Positions 45,255 through 56,866 of a DNA stretch of 64,000 bases are shown piece by piece. The notes below the pieces were generated by a model, which was not told where the DNA came from, ran no database searches, and was given only the letters and a program-made list of their open reading frames with translations. Each line of letters starts with the position of its first letter. The stretch's first letter is position 1. The DNA lies in the sequence record MK250021.1; one strand, given 5' to 3'. A program made the translations under genes and the position numbers.

Positions 45255-47171
45255 TTATGTAATAGTCTTAAAGTTTTCCAATGTTAATTTATTATTCTAT
45301 GTATATCCTATCAACTACATGTTAAATGCAGATAATGATTCATAAGATTGAACGTCTGAATATTCTACACCATCTGGAGATGTAAATCCACCTCTAATCA
45401 ATGGTAATATATCTCTGACTTCTTTTGAATTACCATTATAATCTGCATATGTCCGTGTTAATATAATATCACCATAAGAATCAATACCGTAAAATCCTCG
45501 CTCACAATATATATTCTCATTTTCTACATCTGCGTCAAACCAAACTTTAACAGAATCAATTCCGTCTATTGCTTCGAATAATGCAGTAATGTCAGATAAT
45601 GGAATAATATCCTTACGTGTGAAATTAATAAGATAATTTGATAAAGCAGACAAACATGCAGAATATACACTCTATATATTATATCCTTCCCAAATCTTCA
45701 CCTGTGTATTAACTGCAAATCTTGGTGTCTTTGGTTCAAGAATCTTATTTTCAACTGTAATGATTTTCTACCCTGAATTATCAATTAAGTTAATGATATT
45801 ATTCTGTTCATCCGTTGATAATGTAAATACAGATTCATCTACAGTGAAATAATTAGAAGATGATGAAATCCGTTTACTTAAATCAGGAATCAATAAAAGA
45901 TATACAGTATTATCCGCGAGATCAGTATCCTCAATTTGCTATTGCGCGAAATTTCGTTTACTTAAAATATCCTGAAGATTATTATATAATTCCTTCGCTT
46001 GATCTGATTGTTCACCATATACAGAAACTGCATCTTGCCAGTCACTGAATGTATTTTTATACATCGTATTATATACATCGTAATTAAGCTATGCCATGTA
46101 ATTAGCTTGTTTCTATGTATAGCCTTTAATTATTTCTATTGTGGAGAACATATTCATTCTCTTAAAGAAATATCTATAATTAATTTCATTCGCTAATACA
46201 AATGATCTAGATGTATGAGGCGCAATTAACTAAGTTAACATTATATCCTCTGATGCCGAACCAAATATAACGTCTGTATCACATTGAACTCTAAAATTAT
46301 CAGCTAATGAAATTTCAGAACCATCTGTTGCATATCCAACACCTTGTATCTCAAAATATTGATCTTGATCTAGTATTTGTTTTGGTAAGTTTCCACCTGC
46401 ACCATCTGTTACTACATATTCTACATAAATAGTTGAGCCTTGTGAAGGTGTTTTTCCCATTGCACCATTACCGAATATAACATCAATTCCACCGTTAATA
46501 CCGGTTTTAACCATACATGCTTTCTAATCAAATCCTGCATCTATAAGAGAATCAACCATATCCCATAATTCACCGTTTACATAAACATTAATAAAATATT
46601 CATCAATATCTGCATAATTTCTTTCTGTGAAATTATAAGATTGCCATTTACCACCTGATGCAGTAGCTGCTTGATATTTAACTGTTCCTTGTATAATGGT
46701 TGCAGTTATATAATTACCTGCTGTCATTGTGATCTAAGCAGAATCTGCACCAAATAGAATAGTATAAGTTGCACCATTAATTGCACAAAGGAGTTTTGTT
46801 CTATTAGGTATGAAACAAACTGTTCCATTCAAATCTTGATTACCGGTGTCATAATAAACTATCTTAACAGCACCACGAGCTGCAATAGCTCTACCAGCAT
46901 TATGTCCCGCTAATCTTGCCAATCCTCTAATCTAATCAGGTCTATATGCTGTTTTTATATTTAAACCTGTTATAGAATCTTCTATATAATAGAAAATCAT
47001 TCTACCGAGATGAAGAATTACAGAAAGTAACTATGCGAAAGGTGAAGCCATTGTAAATTGCTACCCTGTAACATTATATGTTTTCTTCACCCATGCAACA
47101 GCATCATTCCATAATTGTTCATATTTAAGACGGTTCAGCTTGAATATTTTTATATCATAAATTGATGCCAT
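45255..47171 (-). CDS. gp6: Baseplate wedge protein, gp6-like, 638 aa (code 15)
   Basis: LLSVILHLGRMIFYYIE..NIKTA...IRGLARLAGHN; VIFGNGAMGKTP..IYVEYVVTDGAGGN; same-frame fragments joined through TAG. Confidence 0.82.
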
Positions 47172-47173
47172 TT

Positions 47174-48391
47174 TTATTTAATTTTCTCTAATTTTTCTAA
47201 TCTTTTTTCAAGTTTTTCTAATGTTTTCTTTAAATCATTATTTTCAGATTCAAGTTTAGAAATTCTCTATTCATGTATTTTCTTCGTCTTTTGAAGATCA
47301 CCTAATACAAGTGAAATAGCGGCTGAATAGTTAACACGCCAATGATTAAGATCATCCTTATCCATCAAATAAGATAAACCGTGTTTTTCAAGGTCCTGTG
47401 CGATAAATCCATATGAAAGTTCAGAAGTATCAAGCCATCGGAATTGAATAACATCCGGTATATAAGTAGATGTATCTATTTCCTAAACATCTGTTTTCAA
47501 TTCAATATCAGAAGAAGCGTAAAAAGCATTTGCGTAAACATTCTTTCTTGAAACATAAACATTAGTCTCTATATTACCGTCATCCGCGATATATTTTGTT
47601 TCGCCAATATCACGTCCATTATAAGATTCCTCTGTAATACCGAGAATATAATATTTCTTATAATCAGCAGTTGTATATGAAAGTGAACCCGCGTTATATG
47701 TTTTCCACATTAATTGGTTATTCGCATAATTAAATACAGGGACTTTACCATTTTCCTAAATAGTAGGTTTTAACCATGTAATACCTGGTGTATTTGCACC
47801 ATATTCATTAGACAGTGAACCCCAAAAAGATATATATCCTGTAGAAGGACATGAGAATACAAGATTATTACCATTATAACCTATACCAGGAAGATCTTGT
47901 ATTTTTCCAGTTCCTCCTTTCATTCCAAATACAATACCTCCTGACATTTTACCACCAATTAAAGGGAGATATGTAGATGTATTATAATCTTGAAAACTAT
48001 CAATTTTCGTATTTACTTTATCTATTGAACTGTTAAGCGAATCTAAATTATCGTTTATAGTTGTCTTAATCTCATCTATAACTTCAGTCGCACGAACTGC
48101 TGTATCAATCGCATAAAGTGAAACATCCAGGCGATAAAGTCCTGATGCAGTATCAGATTCTATTTTTGTTATATAATAAAATGGAAGTTGCGCTTTATTT
48201 AACGCGTCTGATATATTTGATTTTGAAACTGAATTTAACTTATTTCCTACTACCAATAATCTGTTATTAAGAGATGTTCGGTAAACCTGTCCATTATAAG
48301 TCTGCTCAAAATATAGAGTCTCTATACATGTCGCCAATGAAATAGGGTTACCATCTCTTGTATATTGTTGTCTAACCTAAGCTGTCTACAT
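47174..48391 (-). CDS. Tail fibre/spike protein with C-terminal intramolecular chaperone (peptidase S74), 405 aa (code 15)
   Basis: SSDIELKTDV...FRW...YGFIAQDL..VNY..plus a terminal coiled coil. Confidence 0.8.
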
Positions 48392-48449
48392 TCAAATTAT
48401 TTTCATTTAACTTATTTATTCATGAAAATATTAATATGTGATTATTATA

Positions 48450-49334
48450 TTATGAAATAAAATAAAAACATGGGATAGTATTATCTTCAGATGGTAGCCA
48501 AGTTGCAATGTGTTCATATAAATAATACTTGCCTACCATAGAAGACTCATGTGCTGTATGGTCACAATAAAATAAACTAATAGCTTTATTCCATGGTGTA
48601 TGAGTTGTTTCACCGCGAACTTTATAAATATTATATTGTCCATACGTCCTATTATCATCATAATAAATAATATTATAATTTTCTCCATATACTATAGTAT
48701 GTTGATCATATGTATCAATTCTGTTGTCGTCAGGTACTTTACTAATAATCTCACCCAAATTTATTGCGTGTTGAAGTACCATACCATTTATTATAACATC
48801 CTCGCTATATGAATTACTTGATATACAAATTAACGCTGATAAATCTACCATTTCTGGATATAACGGTTTTAATGGATTTGTTATATTTTCTTCTGTTACT
48901 AATGATATAAAATCTTCTGGACATTGATTAAATATAAAATAATTAGATGTATAACCACTTAATTCTACTGCATACATATACAATTCATTAGTATATTCAA
49001 TACTAGCTGTTTGATTTATTTTAAATAATGGTGTATTTTTATACGTATATGTAATTATTCTTGAACTCTAACTATCATTTTTAGTTATATTACATACTAT
49101 TAGTAACGCTGTTCCTTCTGTACTTCCCTATTCATTTATTGTATATGCAGAACAACCATCATAATTAGAACTTATATCATATCTTGTTTGCTTTAAATTA
49201 CCTTCATAATTTTCATCTTGATCTTCTAATCCAAAATAAAGAGAACTGTCTTGATAAGATAATGTTATATTGGTTTGCTCAGTTTCATCCTTAATTATTG
49301 TTATAACATCATTTAATTTTTTATATTTTGACAT
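48450..49334 (-). CDS. Tail accessory-like protein, 294 aa (code 15); paralog of 33558-34430
   Basis: Joins track ORFs 49128-49334 and 48450-48983. Confidence 0.7.
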
Positions 49335-49489
49335 ATTTTAATTTTTATTTTCTGTATCTATAAGTATATCTAAAATACCATATATTATTATACATAACTA
49401 TTTTATTTAAACATAATTAACAAATTTTTGTATAATATATGTGTTGTTATATTCAAATAATAAATAACAAAAATATTATTTTTAATTTA

Positions 49490-50152
49490 ATGGATAAAGT
49501 TTTAATAGGATTTGATTTTTCAATGAATAAACCTGCAGCTACAATATATTTTAAAGGTTAGTATTATCATTATTTCTGGCCATTGAAAGTTACCAATAAA
49601 GTATAGAAAATGTATGAAGATGTAAATGTTCATATAATTAACAGAAATATGTCTTCAGTTGATACAAAGAAAGTAGAAAATTCATAGTTGGTTTTGATTC
49701 ATACTATAAGGTCTACAGATTTAGCAAATCTTATAATCTCTGATATAGATGATTTAATAGAAAATACATTTAATCTTTCAGAATATGAATTATATGTATG
49801 TTCAGAAGGTTTATCATATGCATCAAAAGGTGACGCGACACTTAATCTCGCAACATATAAAGGTGTTCTTCTTTCAAAAATATATGAACATTATGGTGAT
49901 CATCTGTCAAGACTTTATACATATTCACCTATTACTTTAAAGGCAACAGCCGGATGTTCATCAAAAGAGGATCGCGCTGATAAAACAAAGATGATTAAAA
50001 AATATATTGCATAGAATAATAATATTAAGTTACGTCTTTGTTTAGCAAATGGTTATATGAAAGCAAAAACAAATTATATTCCTGGTATTGATGATTTAGT
50101 CGATTCATATTGGGCATTAAAAACGATGATGTTAAAAGAAAATATATCTTAA
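49490..50152 (+). CDS. ruvC: RuvC-like Holliday junction resolvase, 220 aa (code 15)
   Basis: IGFDFS, SEGLSY, SPITLK..AG..DKTKM, DDLVDSY. Confidence 0.75.
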
Positions 50153-50159
50153 TTTAATT

Positions 50160-52820
50160 ATGTCCGCAATATTAAATATGACAATCAATAATTCATATGA
50201 TATGTTTGCTAATTAGAAAGTATCATCAGGAACTGTTGTAACAGAAGAAATGAAATCAGGACAACATAAAACTACAACAGAAATGGTAGATATTAATGCG
50301 TATGATTATGGTATCATTGATGTTGGTATGACTTAGTTTGATGATACATTAAATTATACAGATAAAGTTAAACAAGCATAGATAAGAATTGAATTATATA
50401 AACAACAACTTCAAGAAGCAAAAAGTTGGATAGAACCTTTATAGACAGAAATAAACAAAGTATAGTCTGAATATGATGATTATAAATCACAATATGATAC
50501 GGCAAAGAAAGAAAATACAAACGAAGCATTAATAAGTAATCTTAAAAATATTGTATCTAATTATAAAAAACAATTAAAAGATTTATAGTCTTAGTTTGAT
50601 AAGAATAAAAAAATTACATAGACTCATCCGAAACTTATTACTAATTATACAAATTTCTATAATGATTTGATAAAGTATGGTAGTAAGAAAGCAATAACAA
50701 AAATAGATGAGTTTGGTAATGTTGAGCAAGCATAGCAAGTTGATTTAGATAATCTCGACATAAATCAAGCACCTGGTATGTCTATATCAGGAACCATAAC
50801 AGACGCAGTTACACAATATCTGGAAGTTACCGTATAGTCTTTAATTGCTGGTGGTGCTAGTAATATAATGAGTAGTTTGGGAATTAATTAGGAAACATTA
50901 GGTATGGCTAAAACTATACTTAACCTTATGGATTCTGCATTATTCAATATTGTTGGCATCATTAAAATGGTTCCAACAAATATACATATGGTGCCAAGTG
51001 CTAAAGTAGCTATGAATAGTATATGTACATCTTTAAAAGATATGTATCAAGCTATATATATTGATTTGGAAAATTAGTATTATGAAACTATTAATGATGC
51101 AATTACTAATTTGCCTACAATGTAGGAAATGTTAAAAGAAGCATAGGAAGTTCTCATTAATTCTATATGGTCAATGATAGATATGCAATGTGTTAAATAC
51201 ACAGGGCATACATTCGCTGAACTTTATTTCATGTGCTCAGATTATATTCATTTATATAAGGCATGGAAAGAAGCACGCAAGGAACGTAAACGTTAGAAAA
51301 AAGAAAAAGAGGAAGCAGAAAAAGAATCTGGTATATAGCATACATCTGGTGGAACTATACATAAAAAGATAACAGTTGAAACTGATCCAGATCTTATTAA
51401 AGAATCTTTAATGGAACAATTAGCACAAGCTTCAGACCTAATATATAATTCATTTATTATTATATAGATAAAAGATGCTATAGATGATATAAAGATGTTA
51501 ATAAGTTAGTTTAATAATGTTGATTTAGATGTATTATCAGAAGGAATAGATTCATTTGAAGATTTAATGGATATGTTAGTTGAAATGGGTTTGGATAATG
51601 ATGGTGCTGTTATAACATTAGAGAAAGCAATACAAGAAGGTATAAATCAATTCTCCAGTAATCTAACAAGTTTATAGAATTAGATAACAGCGCAAGCAAT
51701 CTCATCTGGACTTACTATCGCGTCCACTGTCGCGTCCAGTACATCAATTAGTACAAGTATTAAGGCTGAACATTTATACGACTTTACGAACGATTTAAAC
51801 ACATTTACGATGACTCTTAATATTTACAATGATCCTACAACAAAGAAAGCAAAAAAAGAATTAACAAAAGTTTTATCAAATGCGCATCAAAAAGATGAAA
51901 CAAAGATCTTTGAAGCATCTGATGTATTGTCTATTATCAATGCTATAGATGAAGGATATGTAATGCAAAAAGATTAGACTTTAAATTTAGTTAATTTTAC
52001 ATTTAAGATTCATTTCGAAATAAAAGGATTTAATAAAACATTAAACGAAACAATAGATGCCGTTAAAATCGCTAATGAAATTGCATAGGAAACTGCAAAG
52101 GAGAAAAAGAAAAATGATGCTATTGCATAGTTTGAATTAGGTATAGTTGAAGAAGAATATACAGGAGATCCAACTAAAGCAACGTAGAGACCTACATTCC
52201 AATTAGTTCATGAATTATTCTCAATATTAAATGAGATATTTCCATAGTTAAAAATAATAATGAAACTTATAAGGAACTATAAGATTAATAAAGCAAAAGT
52301 TGAAGCAAATGCATCTGGTAATCTGCTCGGTATGGTAAAAGTATTAGCCGCAATTAATAAATTATTTAAGAAAGCTAATAAGAATAAAACGAATTTCTAT
52401 ACTGTAAGATCATTAAAATTATATAATTACATAACAAAAAGTATTGTTTATATAGGTTCTGATATAGAAGTTAATATAGATATACCAAATACAAGAAAAC
52501 TTTATCTTTATTTAAAAAATGCTAATTTAAATTATGATGTAATTAAATAGGATTTACCTACCATTCTTTATATAGATTAGGAGTCTATAAAGGAACAGAT
52601 GGATGCAATGAAAAAAGATTTAGATAAAGCAAGTAATTATTTTGATGATGCCTCTTTATTTGTTCAATATCCTGATTCGAAATATCCAGATGGAACATTA
52701 TTAGGTTTAGATAAAGTTGAAGATGCAGATCCAGAAATTTATTATAGTGATTCATCATTACCTTTATATGGAAGTTAGGTCTTAAGATGTTACGGTAAAG
52801 ATTACGATATATATGAGTAA
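50160..52820 (+). CDS. Large helical/coiled-coil protein, 886 aa (code 15)
   Basis: ATG 50160 to TAA 52818-52820; TAG-rich; includes track ORF 52260-52550. Confidence 0.75.
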
Positions 52821-52842
52821 AATATATTTAGATTATGATTAA

Positions 52843-55728
52843 ATGACGAAAGAAGAAAAAATATATTTGGATGATTTAATAACAAAAGCAATGACGGTCG
52901 ATACAGATGAGATAGAAGGTTAGCAGACAATAAATCTTAATGATATAAATTTATGTGCTGTTGATTATTCAAAATCTGATATTACATCTGATTATGATGA
53001 TTTCATGAATATAGATGGAATAACCGATTAGTCCATATTATAGAAAATGTATGACGACAAGGATTTATGGAAATTAATCATAACACCGCCGGAAGAAGTA
53101 CCTGATATATTATCTGATATTGATACAAGTACAAGAGTTATAATTGAATTTTCAGACGCTACTGTTAAAGATCCAAATCCAGTTGAATATTCTCTTAATA
53201 TAAAACCAGGAGATACAATAGACAACAATACTATAATAGGGTCTGTTATGTAGGAAGGAAAGATGAAACCAATTAAATCCATATTTGAAAAAGGACATGT
53301 AATGAGTAAGAATGATGACACTGAATTTTTCAGATTATATCCTTCTAAATGTGACAGACATATAGTATTGGATAATACATTAATAGGATTGAATGAAGAT
53401 TATAATGTTGTTAATGATGTTTCAGAAATAAATGCTGAATTTTCAAAGGAAGGTTCATTATATGCTCTTATAACTAATAACTTATGTTAGTCCCTTTTGC
53501 CATGCGTATTAGCAAGGAGATATAGAGGGACATATACAAGAACAAAAACCAGAGTATATACAACAGATAGTTTAGGACATTGGGAATATGGAAATTGGTA
53601 TTTAAATTCTTCTGACGCAAGTTATGATACATTAGGGTTAGATACATCATTAATAGTTGATAGCAGTTTATATAAAGAATATAAAGATAACGCAAAATAT
53701 GATACATCTTTATTTGTTTTTGATATAACTAATGAGAAATTAAATACTGGTGTTACAATATATGATACGTCCATTATGATGAATCTTCATGAATCACAAG
53801 ATGTATTTGGTTCATCTATTATCGCAGAGGATGTTACAAAAGCTGACATGAAATCCTGGAGAAAACGTGCAAAGAAAAAACGTAAAAGAAAGAAAGTAAA
53901 AAAAGAAATAAAAGATAAAGCATACAGGTAGACAAACAGAATTAAAAATTCTGATAATCCATATGAAGCAATATAGAAAGAAGGGAAACGTTTATTAGAT
54001 GCAAGAACCAAATATGTTGATGATATTATAAAATTATATAAATCATTAGATACATTGCCATTATGTAAATATGATCCTAATTATACAGATTGTAAATTCC
54101 TAGTAAACAACAATATAGACGGTAAAACATATACTGAAGCGAATAGATATGATGATGAATTCTCTTATATACCTATCGGAGATTCGGACCATTATTAGAA
54201 TTATTATTATAGTTTACTTGGAAATATTAATTTATTATCAGGATCAACAGATACTTATTCATAGGAATATTATAACTTAATAACAGATATTATCAACAAA
54301 AGATTAGTAATAGAATCAAGACATAGTGAAGATCTTATGTATGATTTTATGAATTTATTTAATAATAATGTTAAATAGTTATTCAATATATATGTAAAGA
54401 ACTTAACAAATGATATTATAAAAAGAGAATTTAATAAGCTAAAACCGTTAATTGCTACTTATGTATAGAATGAAAATAAATCATATAAGGAGTCTATAAG
54501 GAAATAGTTCACTGTTGATAATAAAGAGAAATATGGATAGGAATTAGATGAAGAAGCAATTCAAAATGCAGGTGAAAAATATACAGGAGATAATGAATAT
54601 AAACAAATATATGATTATATTTCTTCTTTATATTCATATGATTCAGATGAAGACACTGACACACCTAATGAGATTTGTTCATAGTTAGCAACAATGTATA
54701 CTTATATAAAATCATATGGTGATGGAAGTTCTAATCCGTATAAGGATATTAAAGATAAAAATGAACCTTATATATATTTAAAATTAATATAGGAAGAATC
54801 AAAGAAAATAAGAGAATTTTGGGATAAAGTTCTAAAAGAATATGAAGATTGTTCATATGATAAATGTTATAATTCACTTATAAATTTATCTGAAAAAATG
54901 GATGAATATGCATAGTGGCCAACGCCTTAGGATATAACAATAGATAACATATATTATCAACATTATTTGTTTGAGAACATATATCCAAGTGATTTAGATA
55001 GTTCAATTAATGACATAAGTATAGGCGATTATAATTTTCCTGATGAAGTTGATTTCCCTGAAATACCAGATGATGTTTCAGTTGATGAAAATTGGGCTAT
55101 TGATGAAATGAATAAACATGAATAGTTACCACCTGATGACATAAACGCGATAACTTTTAAAGACTTTCCATATTGGAAAAAATATTTCGCATTAGCTACA
55201 CTTATATGTATTGTTCCGACATTCTGGAATTGTGGTCTTGATATATTTCCATTTATATAGTGTATACCTTTACCATGTATATTCATTGCTATTAAATCAA
55301 TATATATACCGATGTTCAATATGATAATGGTATTTGGAATTGCTATACGAGGAATGTACCCATGGCCAATTATTTTATATGTTAACACAAGTGATCAACC
55401 TATATCTATATTAACGCCGTTAATTGCTATATTAGATAGATTAAAAAATGTATTTTATGGGAAATTAGATAAGATAGAACAAGTTCCTATATAGTCTTTA
55501 GCTAATGCGTATATAGCTAAATTAAATAAGGAAATTAATGATTTGAAAAAAGAAAATATTAAATTAGATAATTTTAAAACAGTTATAAAATCATTGAATG
55601 TTCCAAAAGCAGAAAGTATAAAGAGATAGTTTGCGTCTATAGTAGATCCATCAATCGATATGAGACAAAGACTTACAAGATTAGAAACATTATCAAGAAA
55701 ATCAAAAGCTAATTACATGGCTAAATAA
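52843..55728 (+). CDS. Large protein, 961 aa, with basic tract and C-terminal hydrophobic Pro/Gly segment (code 15)
   Basis: Joins track ORFs 53047-53253, 53263-53490, 53497-53931 and 55312-55494. Confidence 0.75.
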
Positions 55729-55733
55729 TTATC

Positions 55734-56432
55734 ATGGCATATACAAAAGATAAATTTTTAACAGATATTAAAAAGATGAATAAAATAAATGACAAATATG
55801 AAGATAAGGCATACGAGTCTATTGTAGAAAATCTGTTTTTATTAAATAAAAGAGGTAAATGGAAAGCAATGGGGTTAGATGAATATGATTCAGAATCTAA
55901 TTCTAAATTAACTTTAATTCCTGGACATATCTATATGTTTAAATATATTACCGATACAGCAACTAAATATAATGACGGACATATTAAGTTTGAATATTAT
56001 GACACATTGCCATTGGTATTATGTACGGGGAATAATAAGAATATTATATCGGGTATTAATCTTAATTTATGTAGTTATGAATTAAGAACATTAATATTGA
56101 ATGATGTATATAATTTAGATCCTGATTTCTTTAATACTAAAGCATCGGAGCAAGCACATCAAGGTTAGTTGCCAATATCATAGAATATAAATAAATTCTT
56201 CATAAATGATGATGGTTAGACAAAGTTATTAAATTATATTAAAAAGAAATATAACTTATAGAATACAGGATTTATATTCAGGACATATAATATTAAGAAA
56301 ATAAAGGACATAAGATTTATAGAACCATGGCAATGGCAATATATTCCATTCTTAAAATATAAACAATCTGTTAAAGAATCAATATTAAATATGATATAGA
56401 ATATAACAGGGATTAGTAAAATTAAAATATAA
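55734..56432 (+). CDS. T4 gp2-like DNA end protector protein, 232 aa (code 15)
   Basis: PGHIYMFKY...YYDTLPLVL...GINLNL and IEPWQWQYIPFL. Confidence 0.7.
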
Positions 56433-56440
56433 AATTAAAT

Positions 56441-56818
56441 ATGATTTATTTTATTTCAGGACATAGAGATATAACAAGAGAAGAATTTAAGAAATATTAT
56501 GAACCTAAAATTCAAAAAGTTCTTAAATACGATAAGGATGCTAAATTTGTGGTTGGTGATTATCAAGGTGTAGATATAATGGCTCAAGAATATATTGTAT
56601 CTTTGGGTTTTTTAAATAGAATAACTGTATATCATATGTTTGATAAACCTAGAAATTTGGCAGATCCATATATACAACGTTCTGGTGGATACAAAGATGA
56701 TATTGATAGAGATTCTGCGATGACACGTGACAGTGATTTTGATATTGCTTTTGTTCGTGAAGGTAAAGTAAATTCAGGAACAGAACAAAATATAATGAGA
56801 AGAGTTAAATTTAGTTAA
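56441..56818 (+). CDS. SLOG/YspA-like nucleotide-binding protein
   Basis: YFISGHRD, VVGDYQGVDIMAQ, RDSAMT..SD..IAF...SGT.QN. Confidence 0.75.
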   Translation: MIYFISGHRDITREEFKKYYEPKIQKVLKYDKDAKFVVGDYQGVDIMAQEYIVSLGFLNRITVYHMFDKPRNLADPYIQRSGGYKDDIDRDSAMTRDSDFDIAFVREGKVNSGTEQNIMRRVKFS

Positions 56819-56824
56819 ATAAGA

Positions 56825-56862
56825 AAAGGATGATTAACTTTATATATGGTTAATCATCCTTT
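56825..56862. terminator. Bidirectional terminator
   Basis: AAAGGATGATTAAC/GTTAATCATCCTTT between convergent genes. Confidence 0.85.
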
Positions 56863-56866
56863 ATTT

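Noticed and set aside
47180-47245. Short imperfect tandem repeat
   Set aside because: It simply encodes the LEKLEK coiled coil at the S74 chaperone C-terminus
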